Source: Bugula neritina (lineage: Eukaryota; Animalia; Bryozoa). From it: a stretch of 64,000 nt of DNA. Position numbers and translations under genes: made by a program. Each line of letters starts with the position of its first letter. The stretch's first letter is position 1. Below the pieces are notes generated by a model. It saw only the letters and a program-made list of their open reading frames with translations, made no database searches and was not told the origin of the DNA. The stretch spans positions 12,762,722 through 12,826,721 of the forward strand of contig OZ037766.1 of the NCBI GenBank assembly GCA_964035545.1. Direction: 5' to 3'. Shown here in pieces: positions 1 through 14,122 of this stretch.

Positions 1-691
1 AAATCAGTGAGTATAACTTATTATTTTGAACCTATACAATGACGTCTAAACAAGAAAATTCAAATTATAGCTTTATTAACTGTCTTATATTCTTTGAAAA
101 GAACAATCAACTTTACTATACGCATGCTTTTCTCACTATTGAAAAGTTAAGGACTATTAGGAACAGATTAAATCGCTGAGTGCAGAGCAATTCTTGAGCA
201 CTACTTGAATTGAATGTAGATTCTTCTTAGTCTCTGAACTTCAAAGATTATTACGGCAAATACTTTATAAGCTGCAAACGTAAGCTAACTAATAATGTTT
301 AGCAGAGCTTTATACCACCTAAGTCCCTCTGCAACAAACAGTTTCTTAAAGTTTTATTTAAATTGTAAACCTATAATAACAATATTAAGCTACCTAAAAA
401 TAAAATTACAAGCAGATAAATCGGCTGTGACATAAAGATTTCATCAGAATAACCTGCCCTATGAACTCTATAAGCTTTAAACAGTCTTTACGTACACTAG
501 CCTAAATCTGTTTTGCTGCAAGAAGGTAAGCAGGGTCTTTTCAGCCATCTTGGTATTGGGGTTTGTGATTTGTAGTATTTGAGTTTTTTGTGTTTAAAAT
601 TAGATTTGTAATTTGTAATTTGTTTATAGGCAATCATCAACTGCTCAGTTGCATTTGCTTGATTACTTTAATAGTATATTCAACAGAGAAA

Positions 692-2170
692 ATGAGCAAG
701 TTATACTCTCTAGTAATATTATGTCTGGCTGTTGGACTAGTAACTCCTCAGATACTGACTGATGAATGTCTCAGTTGCATAAGACAGGTACGGTGAATTT
801 ATTAGCCTTAGAACCTTATATATACTATACCATCTGTATACCTTTAAAAGTTTAAAGAAGAGGGAATTAAGCTGCAAAAATTAATGCTTATCGTAACAGT
901 TTGATTGTTGTTTGATCATCACATTAATATCGTAATTAAAGAAACTGTTTAACTGATACAACTAAGTTGATGACATCGTTTGACAGAATAAGAAAGGTAG
1001 CAATACTTGCTCTTCTTGGAGCCTGATGCACAGTCAAACTTGTGGAAAGTATCTTATCACACATTCATTTTGGAATGATTGCGGTAGAAGAGGAGTTGGT
1101 GAGAAATGTTTATACATTATTTTATCTAAGTTATGAGAAATGTAGTTACTATAGTTTTTAATATAAGCTAAGACTACATCTAATACATAATAAGTTTTTG
1201 AAAATTGGTTTTTTAAATGGTTGGTTTAATGTAGAGACCAACTAAAATACTGGTGGCAATTAATTTTACCTGAGGCACTCTTTTTAAACCTATTCATAGC
1301 ATGCTTTGCAGCAATTATAATAAAATCTATTATATATAATAATAATTGCATTTTTATAGTTGAACTGAAACATCGATGAAAGTTTTCTTTATGTTATTTT
1401 TTTCGTTCCTACTCCACAAAGTAAAGCATTATTTGGAAACTATAAAATCTAGCTATTTTGCTAGTTTACGATGACTAATGCCTCTAAAGCAATTGAAACT
1501 CCAATTTGGTCAACAAAGTGTGTCAGCCAACGTTTTCTAATGCTTAATGCCACATCTTATGATATCGCTTATAAGCAAGTATTTATACGTGACTTAATGA
1601 CAAAATAGGTGATCTAGAGTAGAAGCAAAATGCTAGTTTGGCAATTCAAATTTCCAATCCACGCCAGCTTTAAATTTTTGAATTATACTTTATCTAATCT
1701 CTCAAATAAATTACTATTTATTCTGTTACATAACTAATTAGCAATGAATGCATTTATCAAACTTTCATATATATATTTTGCCTTGCTGGTTATAAAAGAA
1801 TGCACTTTTTTACAGACTATGACAATGTATAACAAATGCCTGCTTTTCCATAAGCGTCAATGTTATGACTGTTAATTTATTGCATAAATATTGCGCTTTA
1901 TATAAATATTTTTGATGAGCAAATTATACTGAAATTTCTTTTATTTCCATTTCAGGTTTTTCAGAGTGCACTAATGACAATCACTGTGCAGGAGAATGTA
2001 TGAGAACATACTTCCGGAGGTATGGTGAAAGATGTGCTAAGCAACTTAAAAAAGAGCCACACGAGTTAACCTGCGCAGACTATATCAGACTGCATGATGG
2101 AGGGCCGGATGGTTGTTCTAAGAGAGATACTCTCCCTAATGCTTACTCTCTAGGATTTTGTATGGACTAA
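692..2170 (+). CDS. i-type lysozyme-like paralog L1 (HDGG subfamily, predicted muramidase-dead); exons 692-787, 987-1098, 1956-2170
   Basis: GT-AG introns of phase 0 and 1. Spliced product MSKLYSLVILCLAVGLVTPQILTDECLSCIRQ|NKKGSNTCSSWSLMHSQTCGKYLITHSFWNDCGRRGVG|FSECTNDNHCAGECMRTYFRRYGERC...TCADYIRLHDGGPDGC...FCMD*. Signal peptide, 12 Cys, i-type H(N/D)GGPxGC motif. Confidence 0.92.
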
Positions 2171-2973
2171 AAAAACTATAGCAAACATGAAGATCTTGGT
2201 TATAAGTAGTATAAACTCTTGGCAGCTTTATTTCTACTTTCTTTTCTTTTTGGTTCGATGTAGAATTATTTTCTATTTGCCTCATTTTACCAGCATGTAA
2301 TATTGTGTATATATTAATTGTTGCTTGCAGCATAGCCTATGCGTGTGTATGTGCCATCAAACTAGACAGTCGAAAATGTTGTAGTAATAACTTGTTCTTC
2401 AAACCAGTTATTCATCTAGTTCAATTATCAATCTATTTTAAAGAAAAAAATGTTTTTATTCTTTAATAAAAATTAAATTAATAAAAAGTTTGCACATGTA
2501 AGAAGTTCCTTATTGCATTTTATTAAGTTGCTCATAGCTTCTGCTTTTTAGTTTTTGTTGAAGTATAATATAACTGAGTAGTGCATTCACGTTAACTTGC
2601 ATAACGTATAACTAATTGTACTTTATGCAAGTAAAAACCCGCATCCAGCCAATCAGTTATTAAACTTGTAATCATCTGCAGCTTGCTAATAACAGCTGTA
2701 CATATTGTGGAAGAGAGGTTAGTAAATAGACAGTTCACAAAATGTATATTATTATTTTATGTGAAGTTGGAGTATTTTGTTGATAAACACAAGTGAAGCA
2801 AGTTCTTATAATGCATGGTATTGCATTAATTATATTAAATAAATTGCAGAATGTATTTTTAATTACTAGTAAGAAAAAGAAAAACTTTCATAGATTTCGA
2901 AAGAGAAAATGAAGCCAAGCAAAGAATGTTAATAATACCACTAGCAAGTAGCAGTTTATTGCTTTTATTGGTT

Positions 2974-4269
2974 CTAATGAGCCATACAATGATTTACTTT
3001 GCTCCTAGCCTCTTCTGTATTTCCATGTGCACATCCATCAGGTCCGCCATTGTGCATTCTTATATAATCTCCACATTTCAGCTGGTATTGCTCTATATTC
3101 AAGTGTTCAGCACATCGAGCAGCATATCTGGTGAAATATACTTGCATACACTTCTCAGCACACAGATCATCATTAGCACACCTCTCAAATCCTGTAAACC
3201 AAAACAAAGACCTTATTTAATGCTTTGAAATATTCAGTATTTGTGTTTGTATCATTGCTACAAGTTGTTTTACTGGAAGTGGTTCATATATTTTACAAAT
3301 ATATACAAAAGTTTTTTTTAGTGCATACTTTGTTAACAAATGTGTTGCTTCAACTTCCAATGCTCCTTCTTTAAACCAAGGTTGTAATAAAGTAAATTCA
3401 CTGTTTTTGAGTTTAAAACTTACTAATAGGTGTAAGCTAGCCATAAATGCAAACACCCATTTAATTTATTTAAAATAATCATAAAAGCTGTTTATATCAT
3501 AATTATAATCTATGAATTATAATTACTTTACTTCTGATGTTCGAATAAAATATATTACTCGTTTGTTATATATTATAGTTTATATGTACTATGATATCAC
3601 TAATACCTTCTGAATAAAATCAAAACAAGACTTAACCCAACATTGAACTAGTTAATGATTTACATTTATAACCACCTAAAAAGAATATACTTTGAAGTTT
3701 ATGCAACTTTTCAGGTTTAAAACATAATCTGCATGTATTTTTAAAATCATAAATTATAATGAGCATCAAAAGACTAAAGCTAAACTTAACAAGTGCTATA
3801 GTTCAAAAGCTGTTACAGCTACACTTAGCCATTATACAAATCTCTTCATTAGTAATAAGTAGAATCCTAAAACTTATGATTGAAATGATTTTTCAATTTA
3901 GTTTAAAAAAATGGTTAAACTCACCATATCCTGGTCTACCACAGGCATCCCAAAAGGCTTCTGTCATGACATATCTACCGCAGTAATTTGTCCGGTAGTT
4001 CCTCCTGCACTTATTCATTCCAGTTCTTTTATACTAAAAATAACACTTCAACATAATTTTTATATATGCATGCTAGATAATAACTTGCATAATTTATCAA
4101 CTCAGCTGCAGAAAGATGGATGAATATATTATAGCAATCTTATCTAATGAACTGTTCAAATACACAGTACCTGTCTAATGCAGCTGAAGCACTTGTCATT
4201 CAGTGTCTGGGGAGTTACCAGTTCAAGAATCACCATCAATACCAGACACACTGTGTATATTTTTGCCAT
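2974..4269 (-). CDS. i-type lysozyme-like paralog L2 (HNGG subfamily); exons 4269-4171, 4033-3925, 3191-2974
   Basis: MAKIYTVCLVLMVILELVTPQTLNDKCFSCIRQ|YKRTGMNKCRRNYRTNYCGRYVMTEAFWDACGRPGYG|FERCANDDLCAEKCMQVYFTRYAARC...YIRMHNGGPDGC...HCMAH*. Canonical splice sites, open frame. Confidence 0.93.
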
Positions 4270-4575
4270 AGTTTGCTGTCAAACATTTTAAAGAAACCTT
4301 TCTCGGCAATCATGTCAATCATATCAATATAAAATTACGCAACAATAACTTCAATTTCTTGCAAACAAATTACTTTTATTATAAACTATTTATTCTGTGT
4401 AAGCATTACAGATAAATTTTCTTTTAAACTCTATATTTTGAACAGCACAAGAAACTTACCTTTTAGCTAAATATTAACCTGATTCCTGATACAACACCTT
4501 ATGCTGTGTAGACATTGAAGAAATAATCTTTCAGATGTTAAATTTGCGGAGGACAATATATTATTATAATATAAA

Positions 4576-4664
4576 GCAAATGCATGTTGACAGTTTATCT
4601 AATACCTGTTATTGTAGTGCTGCATGCAGAGTCAACTTTGTATTAAATATCCAACCTTTCAATT
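4576..4664 (-). promoter_or_regulatory. Conserved upstream element of HNGG-subfamily genes (copies ~7818-7902, ~12318-12410, inverted ~17172-17258)
   Basis: Near-identical GTTGACAGTTTATCTAATACCTGTTATTGTAGTGCTGCATGCAGAGTCAAC block just upstream of the non-coding first exon in four genes. Contains a GATA motif (AGATAA on the gene-sense strand). Confidence 0.55.
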
Positions 4665-6082
4665 ACGGAGTTGCATGTTATTATTTTACGCAGTCTTGAA
4701 AAATTCATAATCAAATATAGCTAAACCTATATTTATAAAAGCATGTTATATTATATGATACACGCAGTATATAAATAGCACTCTGTATTATATCTAATCA
4801 TTTATAAAGCTATACCCATAATTACAAATTTGCAGTTGCATATAACTGGCATAATTATAGATGTTGTAATACTTGTTAAGATATACAACTTTATTTTCTG
4901 CTTTCAAGAAACCAACTGAACTCTAAACTAACTCAGGATACACAACCTCATTAAACAGATTATTATTGCATCATCAAAATATAGAATATCTGTCTGCTTT
5001 GTTCAATATTATGTTCTTTTTAGTGCTGAAAATTTATTGCATATGTACTCTTGAATTTCAAATTATAACATTCTTAATCCTTATATATTTATTTCATTGT
5101 GATAAACAGCTCACAGAAACTGCTATAACTAATTATTCTTATGGATTACCTTGAAAAATTTAACTGGCATTACTGCAAGCAAATTTATATTGTATAGATA
5201 TTATTTTCAACATTTCTCTATTGCATTTTTACTTCCTAATCTGATGATTGCAATAGTCAATACTGTAAAGTAAGCTTGCTAATATTTTCAAATAGAAGCA
5301 TTTGAAATTAGCTAAAAACTCCAGATGAAAAGGTCTTTCAAAGCAACTAAAATAATATGTTGATGTGGCACGTGAGCAACTATGACTATAAATGAGTTTC
5401 CTAACAGAACCACTAGTGTTTGGATTTAAACCGCTGACCTCATGTAGTGATTCAAGTACCGAACAGTACTTAAACCACTACACCACGCTTGCTCCCTTTA
5501 TTAAACAGTTGATGTCATATAAATATTTAACCAATTAATTAGTCATCAAGAGTTTTAAATATGTTGAAAGATATATCCTGATGAAGAATTCAAAACTCTT
5601 ATGGCTAATAGTCACCATCTCTGTGAAAAAAACCTCAGATGATAGAGTCTTTTAAAGCATACTTAAGAAAATTTTTATACGACACTGGAACTTAACCATG
5701 ACGTTTCTCCTAACATCACCACTGCTAGGGTTTGAGTTCAAACCACTGACCTCATGTTTATTATTTACGCCATGACCATGGGCATAATATAAATATTTAA
5801 CCAATTAATTAGTCATCAACAATTTCATAGAGGACTCTGTTAAACTAGCCTAACTGACTAAAAATATATTTGTTAATATTAAATTAGTTTGAACATTTGT
5901 TTTATTTATAAAGAGAAATCAATTACACATATTTTCAAACATGCAAAAACTTTAAGCATGTGATTAAGTATTACTGTCAAAAAAAATTTTTCATACATTT
6001 GCAAACTGGATTTATTAAAGCCAAGCAACAATGTTCATTAATATTTTTTACCAGCATGTTGTAAATTATTGTTTTATTGGTT

Positions 6083-7530
6083 CTAATTGGCCATACAATG
6101 ATCTACTTTTTTCGCAGCATCCATTGTACTTTCTTGCGCACAGCCATGCAATCCCCCATTGTGCATTCTTATATAATCTCCACATGTCAGCTGATATGTC
6201 TCCTTTTTCAAATCTTTAGCGCATTGGGTAGCAAATCTGCTGAAAAATACTTTCATGCACTTCTTGGCACACCAATCATCACTAGTGCACTCTCCAAATC
6301 CTGTAAACCAAAACAACAATTTTAGAATATTTTCTAGTATTATATAGTCTGTGTTGTGTGTGTTGTGTATGTGTTGGGTGTGTTGTGTGTGTTGTGTGTG
6401 TTGTGAGTGTTGTGTGTGTAGTGTGTGTCATGTGTGTTGTGTGTGCCGTGTGTGTCTCGTGTGTGTTTGTGTGCAGTGTGTGTTTGTATCAGTGTCATAA
6501 GTTGTATTAGAAGAAGCGGCTAATATATCTCATGTTTTACATCAGAGCATTTACCGAAACTTTTTATTCAAACTCTTTGGTAAAAATATGTGCTGCTTTA
6601 AATTCTGAAGCGCATTCCTCAAACCTAGTTTTTAGTTAAATAAATTTACCATTGTTGAGTCTAACACCTACTAGTAGTTGTAACCTTGCCATAATTGTAA
6701 GCAACATATTAATTCCTTTATAATACTTATAAAAGCCATTAGGTTACAATTATCACATCTTAAAGTTTTCTGCTGCAACCTCTGAAGTTAGACTAAAATA
6801 AATTTATGCTGTGTTATGTATAAAATACTATTATATGCAATATGATAGTTAAGCACTATGACTTTCAAAACAGAATCAAAACATGGCTGTATCGAACATA
6901 TTGGACTATAGTTTCTGGTAATTCATATCTATAACTAAACTAAAAACAACATACTTTGAGGCTTATAAATTTTACATATTTAAAGCAAAATATGAATTTT
7001 AGAAATTATTATATTATAATTAAATTTTAGAATGAACATCAAAAAAAACAAAAGCAAAGATGATGAAGTGCCACCAGTTTAAAACCACTATACAGTTATG
7101 TTTAGCCATTGTAAATTTCATCACTATAGTAATTAGTAAAACCATAAAACATACAATTGAAATTTAGCTAAAAAATGATTGCTCACCAGATCCTGGACTA
7201 CCACAGGCCTCCCAGAAACCTTGTGTAATGATATATCTGCTACAATAGGTCTCTCTGCCGCGAGTGTTGCATAGTGGTGATCCACCAGTTTTATACTAGA
7301 AACAACAATTCAATATTTTTTATATTCTGGTAATAATAACATTTTTAATGCCTAATTCAAGAATTCAGCTACAGAAATATAAATAAATATATAGCAATCT
7401 TATCTAATGAATGGTTTCAAATACACAGTACCTGTCTAATACAGCTGAAGCACTCTTCAGTCAGTGCCTGGGAAGTTACCAGTTCAAGAATCACCATCAA
7501 TACCAGACACACTATGTATATTTTCGCCAT
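6083..7530 (-). CDS. i-type lysozyme-like paralog L3 (HNGG subfamily); exons 7530-7432, 7295-7187, 6300-6083
   Basis: MAKIYIVCLVLMVILELVTSQALTEECFSCIRQ|YKTGGSPLCNTRGRETYCSRYIITQGFWEACGSPGSG|FGECTSDDWCAKKCMKVFFSRFATQC...HNGGLHGC...HCMAN*. Confidence 0.93.
6348..6485. repeat. Imperfect (TG)n / TGTGTGTTG microsatellite in intron 2 of L3
   Basis: Visible TG-rich tandem tract; a counterpart lies at the same intron position in L7. Confidence 0.9.
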
Positions 7531-8477
7531 CCTTTTCTGTCAAATATTTTGAATAACTTTTTTAGACAATTATATAAATATACAATTACATAACAGTATA
7601 AAATTCAATTGCTTGTAAAAGACTGCCTTTAATACTTGTTTGTGTCAAAACAATACAAATAAAGCATATTTTAAACAACACTAGTATCTTACCTTTTAGC
7701 TATAGAATAAGTGTGAATTACCTTAACTGCTGATACTAAAACTTATGCTGTGGACACTGAAGGAGTGGCCTTTCAGATGGTAAACTTGCAGAAGGAATTG
7801 CATTAATATAATATGATGCAAATGTTGACAGTTTATCTAATACCTGTTATTGTAGTGCTGCATGCAGAGTCAACCTTGTATTAAATATCCAACCTTCCAA
7901 TTATAGAGACGTTATTCTTTTACACAGTCTTGCGAAATTTATAATTCAACAGCTACTTTTTCATATATAAAACATTTAAAGAAATAATATTTTAGACCAC
8001 CACTGCTCTATAATTGGCATTTATTGATATATTATACGATACACATTCGTAGTAGGCAATACAAATAACAGTCTGTATTATATTTAATCATTTTGTAAAG
8101 CTACTTATAATTACAAATGCGGTTGTATATAACTGGCATAATTATAGATCTTGCAATGTTTGTTTTTCACATTACCCGCATTTTTCTGCAACTGTGCTAA
8201 ATGGCCTTCATTTTGAACAAACATTCGACTCAAAGAACGACATTAAGAGATTTATGGCTTAGAGATGTGCATGACACCAGCACTGAAGATGCTCTGCATT
8301 GTCAACCCCGACAGACTATTGCTTCTCTCAATACTTGTCTAGATATACATCTTTATTTTCTGCTTTCAAGAAACCAATTGAACTATAAACTAACTCAGGA
8401 TACACAAACTCATTAAACAGAGTAGTAACCAATCATTAGGCAACATTCCGCCTACTATATAAAATGTCTTGCAATTT

Positions 8478-8690
8478 TACAGTCACTATCCCTGTGAGAA
8501 CCCTTGATGGAAAAGATTTTTCCTTAAAGTAGGCTAATAATGAAGACTTATTCATATGTGACACAGGAGCAATTATGGCTAGATCATGCTCTTCCTAACA
8601 TCACCAATTGCCTTTACTGAGGTTGAAACACATAACTTTATGTTTATTTTAAACAAACGCTCTAAGATTTAGACAACGGCTTCTTCCAAT
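8478..8690 (-). mobile_element. SINE family A copy. Other decayed copies at ~5320-5495, 5610-5760, 10800-10975, 12833-13015, 19340-19495(+), 48355-48490, 58975-59160
   Basis: Shared GAGAACCC(C)TGATGG / ACAGGAGCAATTATG / CTTCCTAACATCACCA motifs. Confidence 0.7.
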
Positions 8691-9683
8691 ATTCCAGTCA
8701 ATAGAACTTTATTGAAAATTTCAATAAAATACAATATGCAGAAATGCTCACATGGTATTACAAGGAAGTGAACCAAGAATATTAAACCACATCACTTTTT
8801 GAATTTTAGAATAAATATGATGACTTTATAAAGTTGCTACAATTAATACTCATAAACTTTGCTATCACTTTCATTGTCAAAATTTATTTCCACAACCAAC
8901 GCTTCATCTTCTGAAAGTTGAGACAGTTACAATAGCCAAATTTAATTGTCCAATCCAAATTTGGTAATTTTATATCAACTTTATATGTTATATTATTGCA
9001 GTGAAATACTTAAATCCCATTACATATAGTGACATGCATCACAATCTATTATCGTTATAGCTATAGAACATTACACACATGTGTAACACCAGCGCCAATC
9101 TGCTCCAGGCTTTAATGTCAACAGCTGAATGCTCTGTTTCCTATACTTACCTGGTGCTGCATCAATCCGCTTCTAAATTTCACACTTCTGAGCAATTTTT
9201 TCAACAACCTGCATTTTAATATTACTTAAAAATCTTTTCTACTAAAATGTATACATCATTTGTTTAACTCCTAAATGGTTTTACATGTGTGTGCATCTCT
9301 AGTGCTGTTATAGAATAATGTGTCTCTGTTTTTGCCTTAACTTCTATGCATGATGGCATTAAAGGAATAGTAGCTTTGGCAATTGAAGCAATACTTTAAA
9401 CACTTTAGCCAGATTACATGTCTTGCTCTTGGCTGATTTTATGAACACTATGCTATAACAATATATAGACAGAGTTATAGTTTTAGAAAATTTCAGCGAT
9501 CATCCTTAGATGATTGTTAGTCTACATTTCTTACAGTTCACTCACCTAGATTGTGTGGCAGTCCAACATTTAAATTTATATAATGTTAAATACTTTAGCA
9601 ACAGCTATTATATATAATATATGCTTTTATGATTGTTACACTTAGGTTTGAGTGGATCTACAAGCTACATTATGCTGGATAGA

Positions 9684-10031
9684 ATGAGCAGAAAAATTTA
9701 TCTGGTAATATATTGTTTATAAGATATATGTTAAGAACTGGCTATCTCTCAGATACATGTTGATGGTTGTCTTAGCTGTTTAAGACAGGTATACTGTTAT
9801 TTCAATTTTATAACCAAAAAAAACAATTGAAACTAATTAAATTTTGATATAGCAATTCATCTATATATACATGTCTATTCAAAATTTGATGGTTTGCTTT
9901 TCTATTTTTGTTTTTCTGAAGGCATAAAAATGGTGTTAACAAATGTTACTAGAAATATAGTAGCTATAATTTTTGTGGAAAATACATAATAACACCACTT
10001 TTTAGCATGCTTCAGGTAGAAAATAATTTGG
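9684..10031 (+). pseudogene. Decayed lysozyme-like pseudogene L4 (exon 1 and exon 2 remnants; most similar to L6)
   Basis: ATGAGCAGAAAA...TGTCTTAGCTGTTTAAGACAG|GT (9684-9788) with two in-frame TAA. Exon-2 remnant ~9921-10031 (..KNGVNKCY*KYSSYNFCGKYIITPLF..) with stops and a frameshift. Upstream flank matches that of L6. No exon 3 found. Confidence 0.85.
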
Positions 10032-11276
10032 TGAGTTGTAGCGCTGCATGTTATATGTTCTAAGCAATTAACAGCTTTATTTTGCTAAAATGAAAATGTT
10101 GCAAGTTTATTTGGTTTAAAGTGTTTTGTTTAGTTGTAATATGTTTGCTCAAATTATAGGTAAATTGAATCTAAAAATACATAAATTAAGCTAACAAACT
10201 AAGTCTTTATTGGAGAATATATTAACTAAAGTATGCCATAAAACAATGACTCAATTTGTATCTTTAATTCAAATGTCAAACATGATTATTGGAATTTATC
10301 TGATATTTATATTATACTTTTTAAAGTTTAGTTTAAATAGATATTTTGATACTTTATAAAATAATTGAATGTAGAAAAAACTTTTTTATTATTTATATGC
10401 AGCACAAATTTTTTAACTATAAAAACTAGTTAAGTGTTAACTTCAAAAATGACTTAGTACGTTATTTTGACTTGTATGTACTTATAAATTTCAAATAATA
10501 TTCTTATATCTTATTTGTATGTGATGTATTGTATTGTTTAACAAAAAAACTGACAAAATTGCTGATATAATCTTAGAGATTAAATTAGAAGATGTAAATG
10601 GCATTATTTCAAGCAAATTTATATTGTAGATATAATATTTTTAACATTTCTCTATTGCAATTTTATTTCCTAATTAGACGATAGTAGTAGTCAACACTTT
10701 ACAGTGAATTTATTAATACTCTGAAACAGAAATATCTGGAATTAGCTAAAGCTGGTCCAATAAACAAATGTATTTAGTATATTCCAGCTGTTAGTTAAGC
10801 CCTTGATAGAAAATTTTTTTTTAAAGAGGACTAATGTTTTTTTGGTGTGGCCCATAAGTGACTATATGCGACTATAAATGCTGCACCTATAAGCATCACC
10901 ATTGGTGCTTAGATTTGAACCCCTCACCTCATGCTTATTAGGCCAGTACTTGAACCACTACACCACAACTGCTACTTTCACTGAATATTTCAGCCATACA
11001 AATTTAATCGAATAATTAGTCAAAAAAATTTATAGATAAATCTGCAGAACTAATCTAACTGACTAAAAATATATTTTTCCTTAATATTAAATTCACACCA
11101 TGCTTTTGAACATTTGTTTTATTTAAAAGAAGAAATCAATTACACATAACTTTAGATATGCAAGAACTTCAAGCTGTTGAGTGAGTATTACTATTAAGAA
11201 AAAGAAGAACTTTCATACATTGTAAATTAGAAATTGAAATCAAGCAATAAGCAGCAGTTTATTGCTTTTTTAGGTT

Positions 11277-12004
11277 CTAATTGGCCATACAACGATCTAC
11301 TTCTTTCGCAGCTGCTTCTGTACTTCCTTGTGCACAGCCACCAGGTCCTCCGTTGTGCATTCTTATATAATCTCCACATGTCAGCTGATATGTCTCCTTT
11401 TTCAACTCTTTAGCACATCGAGAAGCATAACTGTTGAAATATACTTTCATACACCTCCTAGCACACCAATCATCGCTAGTGCACTTCACAAACCCTGTAA
11501 ACCAAAACAACGATTTTTTAAATATTCTATGAAGTGCTTTATCAGTTTGAAAACCGTTACAACTATTATTAACCATAATAAATGCCATCACTATAGAAAT
11601 TTATAGTAAAACTTTAAAACATAAAATTAAAATTTAGCTTAAGAATGGTTGCTTACCAGATCCCAAACTACCACAGGCCTTCCAGAATTCTTCTGTAATG
11701 ATATATCTGCTACAATAAGTTTCTCCGTGGCGCCTGTTGCAAATGTCTGATCCACCAGTTTTATACTAAAACAACAATATAATATCTTTTTATGCTTTGG
11801 TTTTAATAACATTTTGATGCAGAATTTAGCAATTCAGCTGCAAAAATGTGGATCCATATATAAGTGATTTCATCTATAATGAGCAGTTCATATACACAGT
11901 ACCTGTCTGATACAGCTGAAACATTCTTCAGTCAGTGTCTGAGAAGTTACCAGTTCAAGAACCACCATCAGTACCAGACACACTATGTGTATTTTTGGCG
12001 TCAT
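11277..12004 (-). CDS. i-type lysozyme-like paralog L5 (HNGG subfamily); exons 12004-11903, 11765-11657, 11494-11277
   Basis: MTPKIHIVCLVLMVVLELVTSQTLTEECFSCIRQ|YKTGGSDICNRRHGETYCSRYIITEEFWKACGSLGSG|FVKCTSDDWCARRCMKVYFNSYASRC...HNGGPGGC...RCMAN*. Intron 2 is shortened to 162 nt. Confidence 0.93.
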
Positions 12005-14122
12005 TTTCTGTTGAACATTATGAATAATTTTTTTAGACACTTACTATATCAATATACAATCATAACACAACAATAACTTGAATTTCTAGCAAAAGTTGTC
12101 ATAACCTGCACTTAATTTACTTCATCTGTCAAAACAATACAATTGAAGCTTCTGTCAAGCTGCATATCTTAAACAGCACAAGAAACTTACCTTTTAGTTA
12201 AAGATTGAATGTAACTTTACCTGATTATACGGACACTAAAACTTATGCTGTGGACACTAAAGGAGTAGCCTTTCAGATGGTAAACTTGCAGAAGAAATCA
12301 CATTAATATAATATGAAGCAAATGCATGTTGACAGTTTATCTAATACCTGTTATTGTAGTGCTGCATGCTGAGTGAACTTTGTATATTAAACATCCACCC
12401 TTTCAATCATGGAGCTGTCATTATTTTACACAGCCTTATGAAATTTATAATCAAATAGCTAAATTTGTATTTATAAAAACATGAGTTGAAATAAAATCTC
12501 AGACCAACGCTGCTCTATATTTAGCATCTATAGTTATATTATATGTTACACACAGTATATAAATAGCACTCTGTATTATATCTAAACATTTATAAAGCTA
12601 CCCATAATTACAAATTTGCAGTTGCATATAACTGGCATAATTATAGATGTTGTAATACTTGTTTAGATATATAATTTTATTTTCTGCTTTCAAGGAACCA
12701 ACTAAACTATAAACTAACCCAGAATACACAAACTCATCAAACAGATTATTATTGCATCATCAAAATATAGAATGCCTGTTTAACTGCAGCAGAAGGCAAT
12801 ATTCCACCTACTGTAAGAGAACCTCATGATCTATGTGAGAACCCCTGATACAATGGTTTTTTTTAAAAGGACTGAAGATTTATTCAAATGTGACACAGGA
12901 GCAATTATGACTGAATGCTTCTGCTAACGTCACCAATGGCCTTTACTGGGGCTCAAACCCATGACTTTGTGTTTACTAAGCCAATGCTCTAGGCTTTAGA
13001 CAACGGCTTCTCCCTATATTCCAGTCACTATATGACTTTATTGAAAATTTCAATAAAATACAATATGCAGAAATGCTCACACAGTATCAAAAGTAAATGA
13101 ACCAAGAACATTTACAACCGCATCACTTCTTGATCTTTAGAATAAATACTACAGCGTTATAAAACTGCTACAATTAATACTCATAAGCTTTTTAAAATGC
13201 AGTGGTGGTCTTCTATCACCCATTACTCTGCAATACATAACCTATTTTCACCATTATTGCCATCAATTTAATTGTCAAAATCTGCTTCCACACCCAGCAC
13301 TCTATCTTCTGAAGATGTGAGACAGTTATATACAAGAATTAACTTTACCTGTTCAGCCAGAGTTCGACAATTTTATATCGTCAACTATATGTGTTACATT
13401 ATCTCAATGAATTACTATTTTGGTATCTGAAACAAACACTTTTGCTTTTCTTTCTGGTCATGTATGCAGCAGTGCATTTAAAGTCGAAAAGTTTCACAAC
13501 CATTATATTTTGTTACAATTACTTCTCTATGCATTTCAAAGCACCTGATGGCATGCTTGTAGACTTGTTGATTGAGTATAGCATTTTTTATATTAGATAT
13601 ATAATTGCCATAAAAAAATATTAATATTTCAGTGACAATTTTCAAAGTTCTAAATTTATAGATACCAAAATGTCTTATATATAAGAAATTTGATAGTTTA
13701 TGCACTGCATTACTTAGTTTAATTAAATTTTATTTATTTTTGATCAACTAGAATTCACTGTGCAATCTTGTGAACAGTAAAAAGATATAGAATGAACACA
13801 AAGTGCTGATGCTTGCCATATCAATTAAACTGATGTCTGTATGAAAATGCATAACTTGCATTATCTGTAACACATTTACTAAGATAACATTATTTTTTAT
13901 AACCAACAGAGCATATATGCGAAGTTTAAAAAAGTGTTTTTTGCACTAACAGCTTTATTTGTTGAATATATATATATATATTACACATGTCATTAAATTG
14001 GATAGTTCTTGCACACAAACATACTTTTCATATCTTAGTTAGTTAATATTAATAAGGTTAATAGATATTGAATTGATGGAAGTATACAAGAGAAACTGTT
14101 ATTTTAAGTAGATGAAAATTAT

